Part shown: positions 47,913 to 57,635 of the stretch, in pieces
Position numbering within the stretch: position 1 is the first letter of the stretch
Layout of the letters: each line of letters begins with the position of its first letter
DNA from: an uncultured Candidatus Binatia bacterium
GTDB taxonomy: Bacteria; Desulfobacterota; Binatia; Bin18
Assembly (NCBI GenBank): GCA_965243735.1
Contig: CBDEVZ010000008.1
Span: 3,867,180-3,931,179, forward strand
DNA: 64,000 nt
Direction: 5' to 3'
The notes under the pieces: model-generated
Database searches by the model: none
What the model saw: only the letters and a program-made list of their open reading frames with translations
Told to the model about the DNA's origin: nothing
Made by a program: the position numbers and the translations under genes

Positions 47913-48755
47913 ATGAACGGCACGACACGACTCCGACAGCTGTTAGACCGGCCCGGCCTGCTGCTCGCCCCCGGCGCCCACGATGTGATGACCGCCCGTC
48001 TCATCGAGGCCCAGGGCTTTGAGGCCCTGTATCTGAGCGGCTTTGCCACCTCGGCCAGCATGCTGGGCATTCCGGATCATTCGCTGATCAGCATGACCGA
48101 GCTGCTGAGGCGCGCCCAGGACGTGGCGGCCGCCGTCGATATTCCCATTATCTCCGACATTGATGACGCCGGCGGAACGCCGCTCAACGCCCGGCGGACG
48201 ATCCGCCTGGCCGAGCAGGCCGGCATTGCCGGCATGCATGTGGAGGATTTGATCCCGGGCAAGCATTTCACCGGCCACAAGGACCGGCTGTGTACGGTGG
48301 AACAGGCGGCCGACCGGATCAAAGCCATGGCCGACGCGCGCACCGACTCCGATTTTGTGATTATTGCCCGCTCCGACGCCATCGGCGTGACCTCCCTCGA
48401 CGACGCCATACAGCGCGCCACGGCCTACGCCGAAGCCGGGGCCGACCTCCTGTTCCTGCCCTATCTGCGTCTCGAAGACACCAGGCAGACGGCCGAGGCC
48501 CTGCCCAAGCCGCTGCTCAACGTGGTGATTGACACGCCCAAAGCCGAGCTCGAAGCCGCCGGCCTCAAGGTCGCCATCTATCCAGTCCAGAGCCTGTTTC
48601 TGGCCTATGTGGCCGCCCGAGACATGCTCAAGGAACTCAAGGACTCAGGCACCATCGCCAACTTCTCCGAGCGCGGTCCATCGTGGAAGGAGTTCAACGA
48701 GTTCATCGGCACCACCCAAGCCACCCAACTGGCCGAGAAATACCGCATTGTGTGA
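47913..48755 (+). CDS. Isocitrate lyase/PEP mutase family protein (methylisocitrate-lyase / CPEP-mutase-like)
   Basis: GAHDVMTARLIEAQGFEALYLSGF...ISDIDDAGG motifs. Confidence 0.75.
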   Translation: MNGTTRLRQLLDRPGLLLAPGAHDVMTARLIEAQGFEALYLSGFATSASMLGIPDHSLISMTELLRRAQDVAAAVDIPIISDIDDAGGTPLNARRTIRLAEQAGIAGMHVEDLIPGKHFTGHKDRLCTVEQAADRIKAMADARTDSDFVIIARSDAIGVTSLDDAIQRATAYAEAGADLLFLPYLRLEDTRQTAEALPKPLLNVVIDTPKAELEAAGLKVAIYPVQSLFLAYVAARDMLKELKDSGTIANFSERGPSWKEFNEFIGTTQATQLAEKYRIV

Positions 48756-48856
48756 CGTGGCTCGCTCCGCTCCCGGCTCCAGATTTTCCCCCCTCCCAGG
48801 CTAGGTAGGAGGGGGAACAATCCTTATGCTTGACGCGGTAGGACGCTATCGATCCC

Positions 48857-49222
48857 ATGTTTGACGCCAACGCCCCGCTGACGACCTACGAACAGGCCAG
48901 CCTGGACTTGCAGCAGGCCAGTGTGGACTTGCAGCAGGCCAGTGTGGATGCTGCGCTGGCCGGCAATGAGATCGCCCTGCGGGTCGGCGTCGGCCAGGCG
49001 GCCGTCGTCCTGACGGTCGGCTTGATCCAGGCCGGCGTGGTGGGCTGGGGCATTCGCTATATGGTGCGGATGAGTGATCGGCGCGAACAGCAGCATGCCG
49101 ACCGCCACGCCGAAACGCTGGAAGCGCTGCGCCTGCAAGCCACCGCCAGCCGCGAGCAGCACACAGCTACCATGCGGGCCTCGGAAGCGCTGATCGAGCG
49201 CACCGCCCCGTCCCACGCATAG
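48857..49222 (+). CDS. Hypothetical protein with internal 21-nt tandem repeat (QASLDLQQASVDLQQASVD) and a hydrophobic segment
   Basis: ORF only; repeat at about 48896-48950. Low confidence that it is expressed. Confidence 0.3.
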   Translation: MFDANAPLTTYEQASLDLQQASVDLQQASVDAALAGNEIALRVGVGQAAVVLTVGLIQAGVVGWGIRYMVRMSDRREQQHADRHAETLEALRLQATASREQHTATMRASEALIERTAPSHA

Positions 49223-49300
49223 CCACTGGCGGTCTGGTCGTGCGCCGTGCCCCGTCGCCGTGCGTACAGTCCCCATCCCCTGAACTCACGAGGTGGCAGG

Positions 49301-50350
49301 ATGTCAGTGCCGAATATTTTCAAATACGCAACTAAGGAACTGTCACAGGACGCCGTCATTTGTTGGCTCGTAGCCTGCGCGAAAGACGCAGAGGAGCCAC
49401 ACAGAGAGCGGGGAATGGCGTTCATCCGCAGATTGTGGACCCATTATGATTACGCCACAAATGGGTCAGGGGACAGGCGGTGCACCATCATCGCCATCAA
49501 AGGGCCGCAACCCCAGCACCAGAAAATTGACGTCTATTTTCAAGCCAGAGTGAACGGCAAAACCGTCAGCTTCATCATCGAAGACAAGACGGACGGGAAG
49601 ATAGACAGTGCCCAACTCCGCCGGTACAGGGACCAGATTCCCGGCAACAAGTGTCTGATCTGCTACAAGACCGGCTACGTGTTCGATGACGATCGCCAGG
49701 AGGCGGAGCAGGCGTGTTTCGGCGTCTTCAACGCCGAGGATATGCTCGCCTTTCTCAATGCTGTCTCAGTCCAGGACGACCATGAGATATTGCGCCAATA
49801 CCGTGCCCATCTAACCGATGTAGTTAATGAGAGAACGACAGCTCTGGAGAACTGGGATTTAGCCTACGATTTCGTTCAGTACGAGTTCATGAGCAAGCTC
49901 AGAGATCGGATAGTCGAACATAGGGGCCGCTGGGTAGGTTTCTTGCCCAGTGGGATGCAGTCCGATTGGCCGGACTCCGTAGGCCGAGGGAAGAATCTGG
50001 GCGGCGGGCCTTGGACCCAGTACTGGTTCTGTAGGCACCTATTCTGGCGGCTCGACGATGATCATCGGTTGCGGTTAATGGTATCGACGCAGGAGGCGTC
50101 GGAACTGGGCGGCTGGAACGAGGAGGTCTGGAACCGGTGGTACGAGATGTTCTTGTCGTTGGGGAACGATATTGAAGTACCTGCCGAGGCGCCTCAGAGG
50201 CGTTGGCGTCGGGGTGACAAGTTCGTCAAGGAGGGTGTAGTCGGGGCGATAAACCTTGGTGCGGCTCTGTCCGCGAACGCCGATGGCCTCGAAGCTACAT
50301 TGGAAAAAGTTGTGCGACTCCACTGCGCATTTATTAAGCAGATCGCCTAG
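49301..50350 (+). CDS. Hypothetical protein, possible PD-(D/E)xK nuclease-like
   Basis: 349 aa from MSVPNIFKY (AGGTGG RBS). ...TVSFIIEDKTDGKID resembles a D...E-x-K restriction-endonuclease-like core. AT-richer than flanks. Fold assignment is speculative. Confidence 0.4.
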   Translation: MSVPNIFKYATKELSQDAVICWLVACAKDAEEPHRERGMAFIRRLWTHYDYATNGSGDRRCTIIAIKGPQPQHQKIDVYFQARVNGKTVSFIIEDKTDGKIDSAQLRRYRDQIPGNKCLICYKTGYVFDDDRQEAEQACFGVFNAEDMLAFLNAVSVQDDHEILRQYRAHLTDVVNERTTALENWDLAYDFVQYEFMSKLRDRIVEHRGRWVGFLPSGMQSDWPDSVGRGKNLGGGPWTQYWFCRHLFWRLDDDHRLRLMVSTQEASELGGWNEEVWNRWYEMFLSLGNDIEVPAEAPQRRWRRGDKFVKEGVVGAINLGAALSANADGLEATLEKVVRLHCAFIKQIA

Positions 50351-50507
50351 CGCCGCCGCCTACACCCCGGACTGAACAATCTTCGGCTTGGCGGGCGGTT
50401 GACCCGCGATTCGTTCAGATCGGCCTGAGAACGAACCAAAATAGCCCGAAATGGGGCGTCAGCACTTCTAACAAATCGTCCTTGTTTAAGCTTGGGAAGG
50501 GAGAACG

Positions 50508-51434
50508 ATGAAGGATACGGTAAAATCAATTGTAGCGAGTGTAGCTGGCCACTTGGCTCTTGATCCACACTGTGGCCAGGCAGTCCCGTTCAATATTGTC
50601 GAGCCGTTCGGTCCGAGACAGAACCACCGACACTGTCCAGCCAACCCACCCAAGGCCAGATTCGCGCGAATCCTCACGGCCGACCGGCTGGCTATGATAG
50701 GGTTAGCTGCCAAGACGTGGCTGGCTGGAAATCCGCCCGAGATGGCAGACGTGAGCGCAGTCGTGGACGCCGCAATATCACGCCTCGTTCCCGATGGACC
50801 GGACGGGCTACCCGACCCCTCCCACAGCGACGTACAGGCGTACTTCTGGCTGGGCAACAAGAAGACAAAAGTCCAAGACAAGGTGGGTCAACTCAATTCG
50901 CGCCAGCAGCGGGAACTGACCACGCAACTGACCCAGCTCCTAGACACCGTCCGGGCTGAATGCGTTCCGCAACTAGAGACTCTCCCGCCAACGGCGGCCG
51001 ATGAAGAGTCTTTCGACCCGAACAATGAGGAAGACACGCGACAGCGGACTGAGCGAACGACCACACAACGCGACGGGCAAACAGAGTTTCGAGAGTCTGT
51101 AATTGCCGCATATGCAGGGAAGTGTGCGATTACAGCCTGCTCCATTCGTGCTGTCCTTGAGGCAGCGCATATCATTCCGTATCGCGGTGCTCATACAGAT
51201 AAGATATCTAACGGCCTCCTCCTCCGTGTCGATCTGCATAGATTGTTCGATCGCAAGTTACTGGCAATCGACCCAGAGACGATGGAAGTTCTTCTTGCTC
51301 CTCATCTGGAGGATAGCGAGTACAGAAATTGGTGTGGACGCCGTATTCGGCTACCGAAAAATACAAAGGACCAGCCAAACACAGAAGCTCTAAGAATGCA
51401 CCTTGAGGCTTGTAGGAACGCCTGGGGAGAATAG
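50508..51434 (+). CDS. HNH endonuclease domain protein (HNH_2-like C-terminus) with unknown N-terminal domain
   Basis: C-terminal GKCAITACSIRAVLEAAHIIPYRGAHTDKISNGLLLRVDLHRLFD matches the C-x2-C...H-I-x-P...N-G-L...H-x-x-FD HNH pattern. AAGGGAG RBS. Confidence 0.6.
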   Translation: MKDTVKSIVASVAGHLALDPHCGQAVPFNIVEPFGPRQNHRHCPANPPKARFARILTADRLAMIGLAAKTWLAGNPPEMADVSAVVDAAISRLVPDGPDGLPDPSHSDVQAYFWLGNKKTKVQDKVGQLNSRQQRELTTQLTQLLDTVRAECVPQLETLPPTAADEESFDPNNEEDTRQRTERTTTQRDGQTEFRESVIAAYAGKCAITACSIRAVLEAAHIIPYRGAHTDKISNGLLLRVDLHRLFDRKLLAIDPETMEVLLAPHLEDSEYRNWCGRRIRLPKNTKDQPNTEALRMHLEACRNAWGE

Positions 51435-51793
51435 AGGGGGTCTCAAAAATGACGAAGCGCCTCTCTAAGGCCACCTCCGCGTGTTGCGGTCAGCGGTCGG
51501 CCGGCCACGATAGCAGCTCCAATAGCGCTCGATCCCGGTCGAAGAAGCGATCCGTCACGCTCTTGAATCGCTCTTCCGGCCGCTCCCTGCACTCGACCAT
51601 GCCAAGCACCATCGGCTCGACCAGAATCTTACGGCGCGTGTCGCGTTTGTGCACTTCCTGACTGGCGAGTGCTTTGAGGCGGAGTGTCTCGGCCTTGAGG
51701 CATGCCGTGTGCGCTTCAAGTTGCTGGATTCGGTACTGTCGTCGTGTTGCGGCGTGACGGGAGAGGCATAGCCTCTCCCATTCAGCATGAGAC

Positions 51794-53323
51794 TTACCGC
51801 CTGCCCTCCCAGCACAGACGCTCCTGTTCGCGGGGCTGTTCAACCACCCGGCACTCGGCGTCAAGCAGCATGGTCGAGCGTTTGGAGGCCTCGAACTTGG
51901 GCCAGGCCAAGTCTGTGGTGCCCGGATCGCCGCTGCGGGCAAAGGCAATCCAGGCGTCCATGATTTTCTCGGCCAGCGGCGTTGCGCCCGGGCCGGCGAA
52001 ATCGGCAATGCCCGGCTGGGCCTGGGTGCCAAACACAAACGGCAGATCCAGGGCGTGACAGGCGCCCAGCCCCTTGAGCGGCGACTGCCAGTCCAGCCGG
52101 TAGGCGTACACCTGATTGGTATGAGCGGTCTGAGCCTCAGCCAGGCGGTCGGCCGGAATACGGAACACATAATCCGTATCGACCGCCACATACACGTCGT
52201 GGTTGCTGGCCGGCTCGCCCCGGGCGGCTCGGGCCTGGCGGTAGGTGTCGCGCACCCGCACCCCGGTCGCAATGTCCTCGGGTGAGGTCACCCGTCCGGC
52301 ACAGGCAATGGCCAGGGCCTCGTCGGACAGCTCCAACCCGCCGACCATACCGGTCATCAGCTTCGACTCCTCGCCGGTCGTGCCAATCAGAATCGGGATG
52401 TCTGCGGCGTGACCGGCCCGTACCGCCTCAATCGGCGACATGCTCAGCACGTGTCCGTCAATCACGGGCCGAAAGGGCATTTCGGGCGGGCGACCCTGGC
52501 TCAGGCCATCGAACAACTCTTGCTCAAGCGCAGCCTGGGTCTCCAGGATCGAGGCGACGGGCAGGCCGCGCAGGGCTTGGAGATCGTCCAGTGCGACCCC
52601 GGCGAGGTCGGCAAAGCGGCGGGCGGTTTCGCCTGCGGCTTCGAGTGACAGGGCGTGATGGCCAGCGCCGCTCTGTGGAATGGCGCGCTGAAACAGGCCC
52701 CGCGCCAGGGGCGAGACAAGCACGCTGCTGACGCTCATGCCGCCGGCTGACTCGCCAAAAATCGTGATGTTGTCGGGATCGCCGCCGAAATTGGCAATCT
52801 CGTCCCGCACCCAGGCCAGCGCCTGGATCTGATCCAGCAGACCAAAGTTGGTCCGTGCCTCGTCCAGCCCGTCGGCCAGACACAGAAAACCCAGGACGCC
52901 GAGACGATAGTTAATGGTGACCACGACCACGTCGCCGCGCTCGGCCAGATGACTGCCGTCGTACAGCGGCGGCGAGCCCGAGCCCATGGTAAACGCCCCG
53001 CCATGAATCCAGAACAGAACCGGACGCTTGGCCCCGTCGAGCGCCGGAGTCCAGACGTTCAGATACAGGCAGTCCTCGGCCTGGGGCTCTTCGGGAATGA
53101 GGGCGGGCAGCAGGCCGTTAAGGGCCGGATTGGGAACCTGTAGGGAGGTCGCTCCGAACTGGTTGGCGTCCCGTACCCCGTCCCATTTATGAGGCGGTGC
53201 GGGCGGGGCAAAACGCCGCTCGCCGACCGGCGGGGCGGCAAACGGAATGCCCTTAAAGGCCACCGAGTCTCCCTGGTCGGTGCCTCGGAGTTGTCCATAG
53301 CTGGTTGTGACAGTCGTGCTCAT
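51794..53323 (-). CDS. Carboxylesterase type B (para-nitrobenzyl esterase-like)
   Basis: 509 aa from MSTTVTTSYGQL; FGESAGG nucleophile motif, HGGAF oxyanion region. The 117-codon upstream extension in the track is rejected. Confidence 0.8.
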   Translation of the reverse strand: MSTTVTTSYGQLRGTDQGDSVAFKGIPFAAPPVGERRFAPPAPPHKWDGVRDANQFGATSLQVPNPALNGLLPALIPEEPQAEDCLYLNVWTPALDGAKRPVLFWIHGGAFTMGSGSPPLYDGSHLAERGDVVVVTINYRLGVLGFLCLADGLDEARTNFGLLDQIQALAWVRDEIANFGGDPDNITIFGESAGGMSVSSVLVSPLARGLFQRAIPQSGAGHHALSLEAAGETARRFADLAGVALDDLQALRGLPVASILETQAALEQELFDGLSQGRPPEMPFRPVIDGHVLSMSPIEAVRAGHAADIPILIGTTGEESKLMTGMVGGLELSDEALAIACAGRVTSPEDIATGVRVRDTYRQARAARGEPASNHDVYVAVDTDYVFRIPADRLAEAQTAHTNQVYAYRLDWQSPLKGLGACHALDLPFVFGTQAQPGIADFAGPGATPLAEKIMDAWIAFARSGDPGTTDLAWPKFEASKRSTMLLDAECRVVEQPREQERLCWEGRR

Positions 53324-53532
53324 AGCCCTTCTCCTTGTGTTGCAAAAAGTTCTGCGCCGATACGGTGTTAGAGCCCATACCGGCCAATCATGCAGACCCG
53401 GCCTGCCCGTGTCAATTGAACACACCCGCCCCTCGCATACCGGCTCCGGCCCAGGCGCGGCACGAGGAGATCGCTTGCACCGCAGCACGCCCGGACGTAG
53501 GATACCCACACTACGCCACAACGGAGGTCGGT

Positions 53533-55881
53533 ATGGCAGATGGCGGCACAGGAAAAATGGTCGGCGCCGAGGTTCGCCGGGTGGAAGACCCGCGCGTGCT
53601 ACTGGGCCAAACCGAGTATGTTGACGATCTGGCGCCGCCGGACTGCGTAGCCCTGGCCTTTTGCCGCAGCCCATACGCCCACGCTCGCATCAGTCAACTT
53701 GACACCAGCGCGGCCCAGGCCCATCCGGGCGTGCTGGCCGTGCTGACCGGGGCGGACATCGCCGACGCGATCAAGCCGATGCGGGTCGAGTTCGATCCCG
53801 GCAAAAACCCGACCTACAAGTCGTGTGACTGGCCGGTGTTGGCCCAGACCAAGGTCCGTCTGGTCGGCGACCCGGTTGCCGCAGTGGTGGCCACCGACCG
53901 CTATATCGCCGAGGACGCCGCCGCCCTGATTGAGGTGGACTACGAGCCGCTCGACGCCGTCTGGGACCCGGAGCAGGCTCTGGAGCCTGACGCGCCCCTG
54001 GTCCATGAGGAGTGGCCGGATAATCTGATGGAGACCGGGGCGGCCACGATCGGCGAGGTGGACGGCGTGTTTGAGGCCGCCGCGTGTGTGGTCAGCGAGC
54101 GCTTCACCACCGCCCGGCATATGGCCCTGCCCATGGAAACCCGCGGCTGTGTGGCCCAATATGAGGCGGGCGCCGACAGTCTGAGCGTCTGGTCATCCAC
54201 CCAGGTGCCGCACGTCCTGCGCTCCAGCCTATCCGACCTGCTCGACCTGCCTGAACAGCAGCTGCGGGTCATTGCGCCCGATGTCGGGGGCGGCTTTGGT
54301 CTCAAGGCCAGCACCTTTCCAGAAGAGATACTGACCGCCTATGCGGCCCGTCGGCTGGGCCGACCGGTCAAGTGGATCGAAGACCGGCGCGAGCACCTGT
54401 CGGCCTCGCTGCACGCCAAGCATCAGATTGTCGAGGCCGAACTCGCCCTGACCGAGGGCGGCACAATGCTCGGCTTTCGAGGCCGTTTTCTGAGCGATGC
54501 GGGCGGCTATTCGACCTATCCGTGGAGTTCGTCGTTTGAGGTCTCGCACGCCGCCTTCTCGATTCCCGGACCGTATAAAATTTCCGCCTTTCAGGTCGAG
54601 ACCAAGGCTGTGGCGACCAATAAGGCGCCCATCGGCGCCTACCGAGGGGTAGGCATGCCAGTCGCTGTGCTGACCATGGAACGGCTGATCGACATGGCCG
54701 CCGAGCGGCTCGGCATCGATCCGGCCGAACTTCGGCTGCGCAACATGATCCGCAACGAGGACCACCCCTACACGAACATCATCGGCTCGGAGATCGAGAG
54801 CGGCAGTCACCGTGAAGCCCTGCAAAAGGCGCTCGATATCCTTGGCTACCAGGACTTCCGCGCCCGGCAGGAGCAGGCGCGTCAAGCCGGGCGCTACCTC
54901 GGGGTGGGCATCGCCAGCTATGTCGAGGGCACCGCCCCCAGCTCTGAGGTCATGCAGTCCTCGGGTCTGGCGGTCGGCGGCGACGAAGGGGTGACCATCC
55001 GCGTCGAGACCGACGGCACGGTCAGCGTCCTGACCGGGACCACAGCTCACGGCCAGGGACACCAGACGACCCTGGCCCAGATGACCGCCGATGAGCTGGG
55101 CGTGCCCCTGGCGGCGATCAGAGTCGTGCAGGGCGATACCGCAGTTGCGCCCGACGGCTGGGGCACCTGGGGCAGCCGGTCGGCGGTGGTCAGCGGGGGA
55201 GCGATTGCGATTACGGCCAAGCAGCTACGCACCGACATTTTTGAGGCGGCCTCGCGTTTGAGCGAAATCCCGCCCGAGGATCTCGACCTTGTCGAAGGGA
55301 TAATCGTGCGCCGCCAGGACGCTATCCAGGTCGTGAGCCTGGCCGAGTTGGCCGACAGTCTGCCCGCCCAGCTCCAGGCCACCGGCCGCTACGAGCCGCC
55401 GGCCGCCACCCACTCCAACGCAACCCACCTCGCCAGCGTCGAGGTCGATACCAAGACCGGCCAAGTCACGCTGCTGCGCTACATCGTAGTCGAAGACTGC
55501 GGCACTATGCTCAACCCGCTCATTGTCGAAGGCCAGATCCAGGGCGGGGTGGCCCAGGGCATTGGCATGGCCCTGTACGAGCACGCCGTCTACGACGAAA
55601 ACGGACAGTTGCTGACCGGGACCTTGCTGGACTATCTGATTCCCACTGCGGCCGATGTGCCGCAGGTCGAAATCGCCCATCTTGAGAGCCCCTCACCCTA
55701 TGTGCCGAGCGGCATCAAGGGCATGGGGGAGGCCGGCGCGATTGCCCCGCCAGCCGCGATTGCCAATGCCGTGGCCGACGCCCTGCGGCCGTTCGGCGTG
55801 CGGGTCAACAGCCTGCCGCTGACCCCGGAACAGGTACTGGCAATGCTCGACCGAGCCCGAGCGGACAAGGCCGGCGAGTGA
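53533..55881 (+). CDS. Xanthine dehydrogenase/aldehyde oxidase family molybdopterin-binding subunit (CoxL-like)
   Basis: 782 aa from MADGGTGKM (GGAGGT RBS). Ald_Xan_dh_C and C2 domains (GGGFG, ...GEAG...). No CoxS/CoxM partner is adjacent. Confidence 0.85.
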   Translation: MADGGTGKMVGAEVRRVEDPRVLLGQTEYVDDLAPPDCVALAFCRSPYAHARISQLDTSAAQAHPGVLAVLTGADIADAIKPMRVEFDPGKNPTYKSCDWPVLAQTKVRLVGDPVAAVVATDRYIAEDAAALIEVDYEPLDAVWDPEQALEPDAPLVHEEWPDNLMETGAATIGEVDGVFEAAACVVSERFTTARHMALPMETRGCVAQYEAGADSLSVWSSTQVPHVLRSSLSDLLDLPEQQLRVIAPDVGGGFGLKASTFPEEILTAYAARRLGRPVKWIEDRREHLSASLHAKHQIVEAELALTEGGTMLGFRGRFLSDAGGYSTYPWSSSFEVSHAAFSIPGPYKISAFQVETKAVATNKAPIGAYRGVGMPVAVLTMERLIDMAAERLGIDPAELRLRNMIRNEDHPYTNIIGSEIESGSHREALQKALDILGYQDFRARQEQARQAGRYLGVGIASYVEGTAPSSEVMQSSGLAVGGDEGVTIRVETDGTVSVLTGTTAHGQGHQTTLAQMTADELGVPLAAIRVVQGDTAVAPDGWGTWGSRSAVVSGGAIAITAKQLRTDIFEAASRLSEIPPEDLDLVEGIIVRRQDAIQVVSLAELADSLPAQLQATGRYEPPAATHSNATHLASVEVDTKTGQVTLLRYIVVEDCGTMLNPLIVEGQIQGGVAQGIGMALYEHAVYDENGQLLTGTLLDYLIPTAADVPQVEIAHLESPSPYVPSGIKGMGEAGAIAPPAAIANAVADALRPFGVRVNSLPLTPEQVLAMLDRARADKAGE

Positions 55882-56023
55882 GGCAGCTCATCGTCGAAGA
55901 CCACGCAGAACACCCCCACCGGAATGTTGCAGCGCCTGATGGAAGAATGGTAGGGCGTTGTCAGGATGGCACGGGGTCTACGGTATTTCCGAGGCAGCAA
56001 ACAAAACAGCGGAGAACAAGACC

Positions 56024-57631
56024 ATGCTGCGTGAGTACCGGCTGACCAACTTCAAAGCCTTCGGCGACACCGTCACCATCCCTATTCGTCCGCTCACGCT
56101 GATCTTTGGAGCGAATTCGTCCGGCAAGAGTTCAATTTTCCAATCGCTGCTGCTCCTGAAGCAGACGCTTAAGGAGGCGAAAAATCCCGAAACCGCCCTC
56201 CTCCCCAACGGAAGCTTGGTCGATCTAGGTATGTACAGAGATTTCGTTTACCGGCATGAGACAGAACGCAACTTCGAGGTTGGAGCAAGGTTTACTCTCG
56301 ATAATTCGCCTACTGCATCATGGGAACAGAGAATCTTCAAAAGATTGAATCTGGAGACTGTAGGTCTCAACATTGTGTTCGGATACAAGACAGAGGCATA
56401 CGCTGTTACTCCTAGTCATCTGAACATAGACGCTGGGGAAGAGTCTCGACCCTCTATTTTTTATTCCAAGTTCTTTGGCGGAAGTAACATCCAAGTTGCA
56501 ATTGACCCTGAGACAGAATATTGGCATCATCTGCTATGGGAAACCGCAAGGCGCCAATTGTTTTCAGACCAGAGACAGGACCACGGCAGATTCCATAAAT
56601 TTTTGCCAACCTCTTGGCAACAAAATCCCCATAAAAATACGCTGAAGGAGATTGTAGAAGATCGAATGAAAGGTACGACGTTTACTGTTCCTTGCAACTA
56701 CAAGAACTTTCTTCTATATTTTCCATCAGAGTTTCTGCTGCAACCCGCTCACAGCTCCCACTTTGTTGAATTTAAGGAGTCAATTAGAGGACCCGCCCAA
56801 TCTTTAGCTAAGTCGCTAAAGAAGCGCCTACCATCCACAAGCGCTAGATTGAACGCGGAGCGAGTAACAGAATTATTGAAGATCGTGCTCAATGGAGCCC
56901 TTTCCAATACTCAGCAGATTTGTTCCTCTTTCCATTCCCTTTGGGAGAATTTTATACATTTAGGCCCCCTGCGAGACGAGCCAGAGCGCTATTATTCTTT
57001 CAGCGGAGATACAACCGACTATGTTGGTCAATCAGGCGAATCTCTGCCTTCTATTCTTTTCGAGGATCAGGAACTGATAGAACAAACTAATAGCGACCTA
57101 GAACGGCTCGGTACCAAATACAAAGTTAAATTCGACAAACTACAATACGAGGATGCAAGCCGGAGCAACGTTTTTTCTCTTCGCCTTGTTCATACAGACA
57201 CCGCCATAGACGCTAGCCTACGGGATGTTGGCTTCGGCATCAGCCAAGTGCTGCCCATCGTCGTGCAAAGCCGCCTCTCCGAGAAGAAAACGCTCTTGAT
57301 CGAACAACCGGAAATCCATCTTCATCCCGCTCATCAAGCCGAACTCGGAGACCTGTTTATCAGGTCTGCCAAAGAACGGGGCAATACCCTTCTGCTGGAA
57401 ACGCACAGCGAACACCTGATACTTCGCATCTTGCGCCGAATCCGAGAGACAACTGAGAATGGTCTACCTGAAGACTTCCCTGCTATCCGTCCGGAGGATG
57501 TGGCTGTGCTGTACGTCCAACCCAGCGAGAACGGCGCTCAGGTCGTTGAGATACCTATAACCGAAGACGGTGAATTCGCCTATCCTTGGCCGGGAGGCTT
57601 CTTTGCAGAACGTGTGAAGGAGCTGTTCTAA
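56024..57631 (+). CDS. AAA_15-type ABC ATPase with DUF3696-like C-terminal motif (OLD/SMC-like)
   Basis: FGANSSGKSSIFQSL Walker A, ...LLIEQPEIHLHP Walker B/D-loop, LETHSEHLILRILRRIRE H-loop/DUF3696 signature. 535 aa. AT-richer than flanks. Confidence 0.7.
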   Translation: MLREYRLTNFKAFGDTVTIPIRPLTLIFGANSSGKSSIFQSLLLLKQTLKEAKNPETALLPNGSLVDLGMYRDFVYRHETERNFEVGARFTLDNSPTASWEQRIFKRLNLETVGLNIVFGYKTEAYAVTPSHLNIDAGEESRPSIFYSKFFGGSNIQVAIDPETEYWHHLLWETARRQLFSDQRQDHGRFHKFLPTSWQQNPHKNTLKEIVEDRMKGTTFTVPCNYKNFLLYFPSEFLLQPAHSSHFVEFKESIRGPAQSLAKSLKKRLPSTSARLNAERVTELLKIVLNGALSNTQQICSSFHSLWENFIHLGPLRDEPERYYSFSGDTTDYVGQSGESLPSILFEDQELIEQTNSDLERLGTKYKVKFDKLQYEDASRSNVFSLRLVHTDTAIDASLRDVGFGISQVLPIVVQSRLSEKKTLLIEQPEIHLHPAHQAELGDLFIRSAKERGNTLLLETHSEHLILRILRRIRETTENGLPEDFPAIRPEDVAVLYVQPSENGAQVVEIPITEDGEFAYPWPGGFFAERVKELF

Positions 57632-57635
57632 CGAT

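Noticed and set aside
50476-50500. Third occurrence of a ttaagcttggga-like motif (cttgtttaagcttgggaagggagaacg) resembling the arsM-flanking repeats
   Set aside because: Similarity is limited to ~14 nt and overlaps the RBS of the HNH gene. Probably coincidental, not a third copy of the 45-bp repeat.
51490-52272. 260-aa minus-strand ORF overlapping the carboxylesterase 3' region
   Set aside because: Alternative frame of the esterase gene for most of its length. Only its last ~80 codons (51490-51730) are discussed as a possible small-gene remnant.
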